Both the position numbers and the translations under genes were made by a program. DNA of 64,000 nt from Yuukianura sp. NJ FZ-2021 (Eukaryota). The notes under the pieces are model-generated. The model saw nothing but the letters and a program-made list of their open reading frames with translations, was not told the origin of the DNA and did no database searches. The stretch covers positions 10,850,001-10,914,000 of the forward strand of contig CM102285.1 in assembly GCA_046563655.1 (NCBI GenBank), read 5' to 3'. Below are positions 51,763 through 64,000 of the stretch, one piece after another (position 1 is the stretch's first letter; each line of letters starts with the position of its first letter).

Positions 51763-54417
51763 TCAATCACTTTCGTCGTGATGCAGCAGTAGGTTCTTAG
51801 ATTTGCTTGATTGTTTAGATGTTGAGGAGTGGTGATTCAGAGGTCTTTTGCTTTCATCATCTTCTGACCCATAAATAACATCTTCATCGCTGTCATTCAC
51901 CATTGAAAATGACGGGTTGTCTTTGGTGATTTGGGATGCTGTAAGAAGAAACTTCAAAGTTTAGAATTGATTCACCTTTCAATTTGTGTTAAATTTGACA
52001 ACTTTACATGCTGTTTGTAATGTTGCGCAAGCAGAGGGAGAGTAAACGTAGACCATTGTGTAGATGTAGAAATTGAGTAATCCGTAAAATGTCATAAATT
52101 CTGCTGATGAGGAGTATTTAGTGGATAGTTCAGCTACAAAGTGATCTTCCAGAACGTCCATGCCGAACTTCATGTATGTGAGACCGATACTAACTTTCAT
52201 CACGAGCAACATCAAGCCAGTTAGAAATTTCAGTCTCAAATCTAGTGAATTTTTGGTATGATTAGTATTGTGCTAGTCTGTTGTAATAATTGTTCTAAAT
52301 CAAGTGTTATTGATTGACAACTTTTTGAGTAATTATTATGGGAATTCATGTAATCTTTGTAATTTCTTACCGAAGTAGGGCATTGACCTCAGCTCACTGT
52401 AAGCTTTGAAGACGAGGTACATTAGTGCAAGGACGTAGGTCACAGCACAAATGATAAACAGGTTTTTTAAGTTCTAAATTTAAAACAGAATTTAGTTTTC
52501 AAAATCTGTGTTTGAATTTGGAAATTGTACTTTGGATTTGTTTTAGAAATTACGTTGAATTTGACTGTGTCCATTTCGACGTTATAAGTTGGATCTCTCG
52601 TAGCATTTAGTTTTTGCCAACATGCTAAAATAATTGCACATAGCCACAATGTTCCTACCAAAACTACTTTTGATAGGTAAAATGTTAGGAAGCGTCGTTC
52701 CACCTTTACAAAAATGTATAATGTATAAATTATTATACTTTATTTAATTAATTAATTTCTGATTGAATCAGAAACGTTTCGAGTCTTACTTGTCTTAGTC
52801 CATGGTAAATGGAAAGCCAAAAGAGAAAGAGGCCAGATAGAAAAGTGATTTGGAAAATGGCATCAATCATCCCAGGAAGTGTCGAATTCATCAAAAATGT
52901 TAATGGAAATACAGGATCTAGAAAAAATATTAAGATTTGTTCATAATTTTAAACAATAGGTGTTAAAAAGCCTGTTAGAGTATGTAATTAAAGTATCTTG
53001 ATTCCATTTGTTTTTGACTTACTGTTGTAAAGAAATAGAAGTGGAAGTAGGATAGACATCCACTTTTGTTCAATTGACCAATCTCCCATTGCGTACTTCC
53101 GTAGAATATACATCAACCAACACTATTTAACAATAGAAATGTTTGAAATTACAAAAGTAGCAATGTTTAGCAATTTAAATTTTAATGAATTTGATGTTTG
53201 GCAATTATTTTCTTAAACTTACAGTCATGAAGAAACTGGCTAGGGAGTAAAGAAATCTAAACGAAATTTCTAGTTGTGTAAATGATGGATTGTAGGTTTT
53301 GAACTGAAAATTAAAGAAAGTGGTTACTAATTTTCTTAGCATTGGACATTGTTGTGCTAACTTACATAAAAGTGGACATCTTTGATATGGTATCGCTCAT
53401 GCGTACTTTCCAAGCCGAAAAATTTGAGAACAATGAAATATTTCGTAAAGTCGATGAAACCTAGGTGGAAGAGGGTCATGGGGTCACAGGGACCGTGACC
53501 TGGGCAGACGAGTTTCCTGTCTTTGTGGGCTGCTGCTTCATAGACTTTGACAAGATTGCCTCTTGCTGTTCCGTAGAGCTCGACGCTCATCGAAAATGGT
53601 TTTTCGAAGGCTTCGCCTTTTCAAAATACCAATTTTCAAAGGTTAGTTTCTTTTTTTACATTAAAAAAAATTGTATTGCGCGAGTCCGGGATTTAGGACT
53701 AAATTTTGGGTTTTCTTAACTTTTAAAATGCTTTCTTACCATCTTGACTTTTTGTTTCTACTTGTGCAATGAGCCAAAGTTGTTGATGGTAAGCAGTTAA
53801 TGTTGGAGATGGCATTGCAAATGGTCCGGCAGCCATTTCCTTTTCAGTGACATTGTTCAGGGAAGATGCTAGGACTTCCCGGGACCAAGTAATCGGAGGT
53901 CCTAAGTATATTGAAAAGTTACATTTAAGTTAATTAAAATTAACAGAAATCCTTCTAGCTATGAGTTGATGCAAAAGTGAAAACGTACCTACTAAACCGA
54001 TGAGAGTTACTAGTCCAAGAGCCACACAAAATCCGAGTATGATCCCTACAAATTCTCGTTTATGCAGAGTGTACAGCTTCATTTGCACAGATCTACAGCC
54101 AGTCAACATTTTTTTAGAATATTGCCTAGTCTCCAAAATTACGAACAGTTTCGACATGCATTGGAGGAATTTTTTAGGGTTTTGCTTAGCAAGAAATTAT
54201 TGTTAATTTCCATAGGTTTCCCTTGCATTCTATAAATTTTATAGGATACTTTTGGCTTTCTTTACCTTTCACAACGATCATGGTGGTAGGCTGGAGCCAA
54301 GTATCGGTTGAAAACACCGAACAGGTCACACCAATTTGCAGGGCACAGGGTCTTGAAACTGAGTAATCCACCTTTAGGCATGTAGTAAGAGTACCCAAGG
54401 TTGTTTCCGGAGTCCAT
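51763..54417 (-). CDS. TMEM181: Transmembrane protein 181, 11 exons
   Basis: Exons 54266-54417, 53989-54092, 53740-53901, 53366-53616, 53223-53303, 53023-53122, 52790-52917, 52554-52703, 52371-52473, 52008-52241, 51763-51938. Motifs APAYHHDRCERSVQMKLYTLHKREF, WSIEQKWMSILLPLL, MPYFDLRLKFLT, SSAEFMTFYGLLNFYIYTMVYVYSPS and KDNPSFSMVNDSDEDVIYGS. Confidence 0.95.
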
Positions 54418-54862
54418 TTTGGAATTTTACGGTGTTTTCAGAACGTTACCTATGGTACTTAACTTTGATAACTGTGAACTGCGTGACCTCAACCTTTAGA
54501 AGAAAGTTCCTGCTAGAGTATCAACATATGTCTCAAAATTGCTTTCACTTCTCAACTTTCTCTGCTCTAAATTTTTGTGGGAAAATCAATAAGACTCACG
54601 GCGCTTGTCAGCGGTTTACGCAATTTCCGTTTTAGTTGTTTAGCTTTTGCAGAACATTCGTTTCTAATTTTATTTGAGGCAAGAATCATTTTTTGAACAG
54701 AAACGATTTACATGCAGAGAAGCATTCTTATTCTTAGTTTCTAGTTTAGTGTGAAGATAAGGTTAATTGATGGGATTAAAGTAACAAAGGCAGGTTGGCT
54801 GGCGAAAGTATTTTGCAGTTTGTTCAAAAGCTGTTTTAGCGTTTGTGACAATTTCAAAAAAT

Positions 54863-55754
54863 TCAAAGTTCACTTGAATCTTGACCCCACCCTTGTTTTT
54901 CTGAAGCCAACATGGAACTGTCTCCACCTACCCATCCAAAGCTAGACGATCCATCGCCTCCCGATCCGTATCCACCAGTTCCACTACTGCCGAACCCACC
55001 GTTAGAATCATTGCCACCACCTCCACCAAAGTAGCTGTCATTTTTTGATGCCTCTTTGGCGGCTTCACGAGCCTCCCAAAATCCAGCAGTGGAAAATGTT
55101 GATTCTGGTGGATATGGGGGTGGTTCTACTGAAGCGACGACGGTAGACTGCGCTGCAGCATCGGTTACTGCAACCGTGGCGGCTACTGCTGCGACATCAG
55201 CGATTCCAGTATTGCCTGGTCCACTTTTTTCAACTTTCGGTTCCTCCGGAATAGGTTTGACTGCGGTTGGTCCTGCTAATACTGCGGTTCCATTTTTTGA
55301 AATCCACGGATCTTCTTTTCGATCTGCGTAACCTCCGGCAGAATCTTGTCGTTGCCATGCTTCACCACTTCTCGGATCCTCCGCTACCTTGTGAACCTCA
55401 TCTTGATTTCCGCCTTGAATGACAATTTCATCTGGGTGGGACTTGTGGACAGGAAGTAACATGTAACCGGCAGCTCCTGCTGCCCCGCCCGGTGGAACCG
55501 CTGTTTTCCCAAACCCTACTTGCTTTTCTCGGAGTGATGGCTTGTAGTGTATTGATTTGTTGACAGCTTTACGTCTCTCCAGTCGCATCAGAGTCTCACA
55601 TAGCATGAAGACAAACACCTACAAATAAATTCATAATTCATTATATTCGAAATTAGTAACTGTAATTTTCATATAACTTCACGGGTTGATTAGTGTTACT
55701 TACCACAGCTGCTACAAATGCAAACCCAATTAATACTAAGTAGTTTGTATGCAT
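54863..55754 (-). CDS. Uncharacterised single-pass membrane protein, 268 aa, 2 coding exons
   Basis: Exon 55704-55754 (MHTNYLVLIGFAFVAAV, donor GTAAGT, phase 0) joins exon 54863-55618 (acceptor TTTGTAG; VFVFMLCETLMRLERRK...). This gives one ~20-aa hydrophobic helix followed by basic residues and a long low-complexity tail. The 756-nt GC-rich open frame stands out in AT-rich DNA. Confidence 0.75.
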
Positions 55755-56806
55755 TTTGAGTTCTACTTGAAAAAAAATCGGTGTAACTTGATACACTTCT
55801 GTTTTGAAAACAATTTTTAAAAAACTATGCGAAATCCATTGCGAAATAATGTGCAAAATTCTTGGAGGAAATTTCCAAGTGAATCAGAGGGTGGGTACCA
55901 GGCAAAGGGATCTTTTTGAATAAGGCCGAGACCAACAATGGGATTCGAAGTTGTGGAGAGCTTTGTTCCAACGTTGCTAAATTTTGCGTATTGTGTGCAA
56001 TTCAAGGACAAGTTTTTAGGCTATTTTTTTGCTGAAGATCTCTGTATAACAGACAGGCGGTGGTTGAAGCACTTAGGATCTCATAAGAATTTCATACAGG
56101 TGAAGTAGTTTACATTCGGATGGTTAAATGGAAAGCTTCACATTGAGTTTTTCAACGTCACGTTTTTGCTTTTAAATCCTGGAGGCTTGAGTTAATGTTA
56201 ATTTTTTATGCGTCCTTCTGTCACTCATGTCGCGGCTCATGGGTTCGGTTTGTTTCATTTTTTTTTACAAAAAAATGTCGTAGAAAATGTGGCTATTACT
56301 TTCTTCTCTCTTTTTTTAGAATGCCATTTCACTGTCTGGTCTTAAAGTGGCGTTGTTGCAATTTATAATAAAAGTGTTCAAGAAGAGGTACCTTCACTTG
56401 AGGTTGGATTTTCAAACCAAGTTACAAATTCAATTTTGTTATGAATTCGGTTTTTGGACGGCCTTCTGAACCGTAACGTATAACCAAGCTTCTCGAAAAT
56501 TTGAAAGATGCTTGAAATTAGTGTATAGGTTTCGTTTTGTGATTGTGTTCAAATTTTATTCACAAACGGGTTTTATAATTGTAATTTAGTCTTAATTTTT
56601 ATGTTTTTAAAGCATCCGTCTTTAGTATAACTTTAAAGTTTTAAAGTCGAGAAGAACACAGAGGTTTTTTTTCGAAATGTGCAGACAATTTTTTAGTTTA
56701 GTTGATTTTTTTAATTATTTTTTTGGGAAAGAGGACGCAGGAGTGTTGGATTTCTTGGTATTGCGAAAAGTTTTTGTGAAATAAGTTGCAATTCCTTTTG
56801 ATGTTT

Positions 56807-59800
56807 CTATAGAACATGTAGATTTTCACATGATTTGGATTTTGAATTTTGAAGACAGAGTTTTCCTAGAATTTCTTTTGCAAGATGAAGAGAGTGGGAG
56901 GTTCTGGAGGCGTTGATTTTGTTTTTCTTATTCGTTTTGATTTCTTTCCGCAACTTTTCTTCTCGCAGGCGACTACAATATAAATAGATTAAATTATTAT
57001 TATATAAATATTAAAATAGGGTGTGAGGACTAGACTAACCATTGTTTTAGAGATCCCACGAGAAGTTCATCCACATTGTGTTGAATTCCACTTGAAGTTT
57101 CAATAAACTTGCAATCGTGGGCACAAGCCAGTGACTTTCCCTCTGAAAATTGAAAAAAAAAAGTTTTCAAATCACGAAATTTTCACTTTTCTCAGTATTT
57201 GAACATTTCCATTAAGATTCCTTCCAAAATTTCATTTCCAGAAACCACAACCATATTGAAAATGTCACTCACTTTCGTATGTGAACTTTGGTAAAACACC
57301 GCTGTGCTTTCTCTCAAAATTTACTTTCTCTCCCAATTTTCACTTAGTTTCAAAAATTGGTTTTGTGTGATCCCTCTGTTTTTGCTGTCCCATGCCATGA
57401 TTTCTTGGTTAACCAAGGCGGAGGTGTGCTAAATTAATTGAAATTCACAAACCAAATCACGCGGTTGGCAAAACTTTCTCGGTTTTCGGCGCTATAAGAG
57501 CAAAAGCAAAGCCTTTCTAATGAAAATTTTCTGGGAGGATTCCCACCTGCTACGATTTTCTCATTAGAAATGCTTGGAACCACTTTCAGTATAGTACTTT
57601 CTAGTGCTATATGCTTGTAACCACCATCCACTTCACCAGTCTACTTAGGCCATTCAGTTCGCATGAGTTCTAATCTTCTAAGCATAAAGTTATACAAGGG
57701 TAGGGAATGCAAGTCCGGTCCATTTTTTGAAAGTCCGGACTTCGAACCTAGCCGGACTCGTGTCCGCAAAGTCCGGACGGGTCCGGACTCGGACTTCACC
57801 ATACCAAAAAACATGAAATATTACAAGGTTGCGGTGAAACTATGCGTTTATTGCATTGTCTCGCTGTAATTAAGGGCCGAGTGTCTTAAAACAATTTATT
57901 TAACGAATTGTAAGGACACGGGAGTGATGAAATTCCTAAACTACAAAATGAATAAGTTTCACATGATCACCGTATATTACGTATTCCTGCAATGTAATGC
58001 AAGGAAAACAACGTATCCGGTTGAGATTGATTGATTTCGACTATTTCCTAAGTAGTCGTAGTCGCATTAGATTGTATGTGAAAATGTGCCAACCGATACA
58101 CTGCACACAGATATATTAACACTGGCGAATATTGTCACTGCGTTTCCGTATTAACTTATCCTTTTAGAATAAACCTTACCAGTAAAGATTTCATTTATAA
58201 ATGAAAAATTCCTTAAGGTAAATTAGGGACAATTTTCATTACAGCCATATAGTAAACGTTAAACCTCGACCTTTGAGAGGGAAAATTAAAATCTGAAATA
58301 AGAAATCTCGCCAAACAAAGCGTTTAGAAGTTCGTTTACCACAAAGTAATTTGGGTTAAACGCACTCCAATACAGTCCAATTTTGAACTCCGAGTCCGGA
58401 CTCGAGGCCAGATAAAGTCGGGTTTCGGACCCAAAATTCCAGGCAAAAAGTCCGGACTCGTCCGGACTTGAAGTCCGGACTTGCATTCCCTATACAAGGG
58501 GTCCTTGATCTCTGCAGTATGCTTTCAGTTACTTTGTACCAAAGTTTGGTTCTAGAACCACTTTAGTTTATGAAGCTTCGTTGCAACTTTTTCTGTTCTC
58601 TTGAAGTACCCTAAGCTGATCAATCAACTAACCAAAATTAGACAGTCGTAGCCAGTACAAAACCAGCAAGTCAGAAACAGATTGCGGGAAATAGAATTAG
58701 TTCAACTGAAAATTCTACTCAACTCAATCATCTCTGTTGGAAATTAACGAACCGCAAATCATATAAAAGGAGAAAGCACATAAAACGCTCTATGTTTCCC
58801 CAAAATTTTACAGACGCAAGCGCTTAGAAAGTTTTCTGTTTTTGGGAAATTTCTTCAATAGCAAGTTAATGAAATGCTGTTTGGTTTTGTAAAATTCCTA
58901 CGAGGACAAGCTCTTGGAAAGGATTGCTTTATGTTTTTGCAAAATATTAGTTTTTTTTAACCGAGGAAGTATGGCAATTATTAGTTGTTTTACGCCAAAT
59001 GTGGCGATACAGAACTAAGACTCTTGATTTTTATTTAGTTTATGGCAATCAGTTGTTTACTTTGAAGGAAAAAGTTTTGTGAAGCGGAAATCTGTCAGAT
59101 TAGAAGTTGGAATCAGTAGGCGTCAAAAGAGAAAAGTGATTGAAAAAGAGAAAAAAACAGAAAGAGTTGGTGGAGAATTCTTAATTTGTTTTGACTTTCA
59201 CTTTCTTGCTGGAACTTTCACTTCCATAGTGCTAGAAACCTCCTACTGATTTAGTCGGAACGTCGAACAGTACTAATGATGAAGACTGTGAGAAGCTATA
59301 GTAGGAACTTCTAAAAATAAAGTTTGGAAATCTCACTTTTCCAAAAAATTTGTGAAACGTAATTCTCTGCTGATGAAATGTCAATGCCTTTCTCTCGTGA
59401 CGACGACGGTGATAAAAGAACCCCAGTTAGACACAGGACCCCTTGGCGACATTTCGACAGTTTTCACTCTTTTATGGAAAGTATAGGTATTTCGTTACAA
59501 AAGAATTCTGCGTGGGAAATTTTAACAAGTCAAAAAAGAAAGTTTGCTGACTAAAAAGCCTTTTTTGGTGAAATTGATCAAAAACATTCATGGAAAGGTA
59601 TTTTTTTTAGATCTGAACTGTCACGCTTAGGAAAAGATTTTTGAGAGATTTTTCGTTTGTCGTTTTTTGAAAACAATTTATGCGGGATGTGGCCATAAGC
59701 GAGAGAAAGTGAAACAACTCTGGCGATTTAAGTTTTGTAAAAGAAACTTTTCTAAAAAACAATTTCAATCACCAAAACCAAAAGTTGCAAAGCTGCTTTC

Positions 59801-62703
59801 TTTCTTGTGCCTGTCGTCCATTTTTCGAAAGTTTTGTAAGGACTACTTTTCAGAGTTAATAGTTTTGAAAAATTTCAATTTAAACTGTTCTCCTTACCTT
59901 GAGTCGACACAACTCGAGCTCTTGCAAGATCACATTTGTTGCCAACGAGGATAACTGCTTTCTCTTGCGTAACTCCCTCTTGCCATAAGTATCTGAGGAT
60001 TTCACTGGCAGTTCGATAACTGGCTCTATCTGTCACCGAGTAGGCGACAATAGTTGCATGAGGGTCATACGTTGATATGGAGTTTTCTACCTGGAATTTT
60101 ATAACAAAGCCATTTTCAAGAATTTTATGGAAAAGTACCAGAAAGAAACAAATTCCGGTGAAAATTTCCGTCTTTTCAAATATTCCGCTAAAGAATGAAA
60201 ATGGAACCTTTCTCTAACCTGTCAGAAACAGTGTTTGAAGAGCTTTCAAATTTATTGGATCCCTGGTTTGACAATAAGTTTGAAACAGTGTTCCTGACAA
60301 ACACTTTTCCCATGCCTAAAGTTAGTTGATGCAAGTATGTGAAGAGAGCTACGAAGCCTCAAGGGAAATTTACTTTAGAATGAAAGCAAGCTCGTCTGTA
60401 CACGTCACTCGCCAACTTTTGGGCTAAGATTGACTGGTTTGGTTTTGGGATGTCCAAACGTGTGGGTTTCCATTTGAAGAGTATTGTACAAGTTTTAGAA
60501 AAGTTGGAATTCCGGACTTCCGGAGAAAAAGAAACCTGTAGAAGACGTAGAGAAATTCCGGGCTGGCAGCTTCTCGTTTCTTTTTTGTGTTATAAAATTA
60601 GGAAGCCACCCTGAACTGTTCAAATAATGGAAAAATACGACCTCAGACAATTCCCTTGGCGTTGTACGCCTTGTAAAACCCCAAAAGGTTAGTAAACATT
60701 AGGTTTCTGATGGTAGTTGGCTCGGAGGAAAAAAGTTGGAGGCGGTTACGGGTTACGCTGTAGCCTAATGTTTTTCTACGCGTAGCTTTCTCCTCTTTTG
60801 CTATTCTTTTCTGCTATTAACTCTACTCAATGTATTACGTTAAATTATTTATCTCCTAATTTTTCAACTACATTTTCAGTAGCAGTAAATTTGGTCTTGA
60901 TGAACGGTTAGGCCTGTAATTTGCGTATTAGCGGTTCTGGTCGAGGTTGCACGGTTGGCTTACGTTTTTTCACCGTAAATATAACTCGGAATGTTTGTGT
61001 TTGCTAGTAAAAGTTAGGGTCGAGTGAAAGCAGCCAAACTGTACAGAAAACGTTGAAATAGTTGGAGGGAAGTTCTATGGAATTTACTCATGCGGGCGTA
61101 ATTTCGCTTCTACGAGTTCTTTTTGTGTGTGATGTGCGACGCGGTTAAGTCGTTACATGACGGTCGTACAGCCCAGCTATTATTAACTTCCTCAACTTAA
61201 AGGATTTTTAGTAGTGTCGGATCCACAAAAAGAATCAAATCCCTTCACTTTCTTTGGAAGTAAAAGAGAAAGTAAAGTACTAAGAACTAAAATAGCCATA
61301 AAGGTAACCCATTCTACGTCGCGGAATCTAATGCTCTCGTGCCATTTTGTTTTCTGGTTCAGATTTAAGCATGGTCTTAGTGGAACTAAAAGTTCAGTGA
61401 CTTTCAGAATTCATTGCAAATGAGATTTCTAGTGAAATTAATTGTTTGAAATCAGACCGAAGGAGTAGTGATTCATGTAATTCGGCGGAAATTATGAACC
61501 TTGAAATGTGATATGTTTATTTATGAATTTGGGCAGTTGTAGTTTGCTGCGCAAATTCTGAGAGAGACCGAGCATAAATTATGTTTTATGAAGTCACTAA
61601 AGCACAAGGATCCCCGTCGTGGTTTGGGCTAAATTAGTTTCCTACACCGTAGTGGCAGTGCAAATATAATTAATAGTAATTTGTTTAACAAGACTGGCTC
61701 TAACGTTAGAGACTAACGAACACGCGGTGGGATTCATTAGAACGGGCATTCAGGAAAACAGGGAGAACTTTTAGGCTTTGGAATTAGAATCCACTGCATG
61801 GAAAATCGGAAGTTGAATTTCAAAATATTGATGACAAGGATGCGGAAAAATGGGGAACTTTCCCTAGAGTTTGTTGTTTGGAAATTGATGCAGCCAGGGT
61901 ACTTTCTTCACTTTTTACTCAGATAGTTTCATATGGAAGAAAATTAGCTGTCGCCTTTGCTGAAAAGTCATTTCCCTAAGGCTCACCCCTAAAAAACATA
62001 ATCCAGCGATGGGTTCACTTCACCCGTCAAAAACTTTCACCAACGTCAACAACAGTTTCTTGGTGCTAAAAACTGAGTTTCGAAAATGAAGTTTCCAGAA
62101 AATGAAAAAAAAAACTTTACTCGTGAATTTTTCGGTGAAATTTTCTCCAATTTTTTTTAGCACGCTCCGGGTTATGTTTGAAATTTTCTGAAAACTTTCT
62201 ACCTGAACTTAGCTGTAGAAAACTAACGACAGAAAGGACGTTGTCACCCAAAAATCGATGAATTTTTTTTTTCTGAAATCAAACACGTTAATTGTTCTGG
62301 CTAACGACCGAGCACGGTGAGTAATAGGTTTTGCAGGGTAACGACTTTCTCTTCCAATGTAAACAGAATAGTAAGATGACAAGGGTGAATTTGTGAGGTA
62401 ACAAAATGAACTGGAAGCGGAGGTAATTCTAAAAGAAATTAAAAAGATAAAGGTTTTTGACCACGGAGTCAATGATCCGTGACCTTTGAACTTTTTGAAG
62501 TTGTAAAACTTTTCTTTGGCAACATGACTCAAAAGCACTTCCGTTTTTATGTACTTTTTTTTTAGAATGATGATGGATATTGTAGTAAAGCCACAGGAAA
62601 TAATTACTTACGGACATTTCTGAATGTGGATGATCTATGAAGACTAGCTCCGATTCCTTTTCATCCAACAGAACAGACAGTGTGCGTTCACCAAATTCAT
62701 CAT
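56807..62703 (-). CDS. RGK-family (Rad/Rem/Gem/Kir) small GTPase, last four exons; 5' part lies beyond the right edge
   Basis: Exons 62612-62703 (DDEFGERTLSVLLDEKESELVFIDHPHSEMS), 59898-60090 (VENSISTYDPHA...ILVGNKCDLARAR), 57040-57142 (CKFIETSSGIQHNVDELLVG) and 56807-56972, which ends SKSKSCENLHVL*, the conserved RGK C-terminus. Confidence 0.93.
57701..58492. mobile_element. 792-bp non-autonomous hAT-type DNA transposon in an RGK intron
   Basis: Perfect 18-bp TIRs TAGGGAATGCAAGTCCGG (57701-57718 / 58475-58492). Perfect 8-bp TSD TACAAGGG (57693-57700, 58493-58500). Clusters of palindromic GTCCGGAC subterminal repeats at both ends. No transposase ORF. Confidence 0.93.
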
Positions 62704-64000
62704 CTGTAACAACAAAGAAACAAGCAAAATGATGTGAAAACGAGAAAATAGTACTCAATGGTGAAAGTAGAACCTCTGCTTTCTTCTTTGTTAAGAAACA
62801 CTTTGTAGTTTTGATTTATTACATTGGAGTAACAAATTGATGCTGATAGCGCTTTTGAGGATTCTAGAAATTCAATAGCGCATGCTCAAGTGAGTAACAT
62901 GATAAAAATTCAGGAGAAAGTTTACTCGCTGTTCTCAAACTTCAAACTTTTTGAAAAACTTTGTTCTAATGAGGTAAAATGGAACATAATAGGATTTAAA
63001 GTTTCCAGAAATTAATCGTTCTAAAAAGTAATAGAAACTTGTAAAAGAGGTACAGGTCTCAAAATTTTAGTTTTTGCTAGAGGCCGACTAAAAGGCTATG
63101 TGTTGACAGACATATACTTTCACTTGCTTCACTTTTTAAGTCAAATTTCAGTGAAAAGTGAAAGCAAATGAAAAGCTCACTTTTATAATTCTTAAAAACT
63201 TTCCATAATTAAAGTTTAAAGCTCTTCCATCAATTTCAAAATGGTTGAACATTGAATTACTACGTTCAAAAAAGAAGTTTTCAAAATTTCACTAACTTTC
63301 GTCATAATGAAAACCTTTTTTGTGTGTGTTGAAAAGTTGGAGAAGGTTTTTCAAGCGTAAAATTTAGATCAACTTTCTCGTCAAAGAGTCTACGAGTTGT
63401 CATTTCTTGATTATAAATTCAAAACTTTTGATAGTCTTGTAGGCACTTTCTTTTAACAATTGCAAATTTCTGAAAGGAATTCTAAATTAAAGCGGAGCAT
63501 CCAGCCGTTACTTTGTGTTTTAGTTAGTAGTTACGACTTACCACGTCCAAACTTGCAAAATCAAAATTTAGTACGAGATGGTGAGAATTTTCATTGTAAG
63601 AAAAAAGAAAGGAATAGGCTTTTGGCAATTTTAACTTCAAAGTGTTGCATGTTGGTGCTCTTCTACGCAACACTTTGGTTGGTGTAAATCTTGTCGTCAC
63701 TAGGTAATGAAATTCGGTATTTCAAGAAGGAAATGTCTCGTTCTGAATTAAGGAATTCTAAATTTTTAGAAGAAAAAAAACGTAGCGAAGATGCTCTTTC
63801 CTTTTTTTTAATGAGTTCGGCATGTCTCACTATTTCTTTTCCGTTTTTTACTTTGTCGGAGTGTTTTTTACTCTCGACCTTTATTTTAATTTAAAACGCT
63901 TTGTAATTTGAGTAAGAGAAAGTTCGTATGGGCTGATAGAGGTAATTTATAGCACAAGCGGAAGGTATTAACAGCTTCCAAATTAAAATTTATGCCTTCA

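Noticed and set aside
54863..57040. The 55-kb exons as the 3' end of the RGK gene or the 5' end of TMEM181
   Set aside because: RGK has its own canonical terminal exon (56807-56972, SCENLHVL*) and TMEM181 has its own ATG exon (54266-54417), so the ORF is a separate gene.

Overview
AT-rich eukaryotic genomic DNA with short GT-AG introns, clearly from an arthropod. A springtail-like hexapod is plausible, but that is inference only. The left ~30 kb is a minus-strand synaptotagmin-15-like C2-domain gene with very large introns, running off the left edge. It has at least three phase-compatible 5' exons, an intronless SMIM12 gene nested on the same strand, a TA-flanked Tc1/mariner-type MITE and two Helentron-associated (DINE-1/HINE-like) elements. 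A compact cluster fills 30.8-55.8 kb: ARMH3 (-), two tandem ZAD-like/C2H2 zinc-finger genes (+), a homocysteine S-methyltransferase (+), PRKRIP1 (+), VPS18 (+), TMEM181 (-) and an unrecognised single-pass membrane-protein gene (-). The right end holds the 3' exons of an RGK-family GTPase (-) with a non-autonomous hAT element in an intron. I see no CRISPR array, rRNA or tRNA, and no clear multi-gene novel system. The strongest unexplained signals are: (i) GTGAAAGT, heavily enriched in the large-intron loci and almost absent from the compact cluster; (ii) the orphan membrane protein with a PPxY motif and a PDZ-type tail; (iii) the alternative, apparently TM-less N-termini of the Syt15-like gene. 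All exon boundaries were read by hand.
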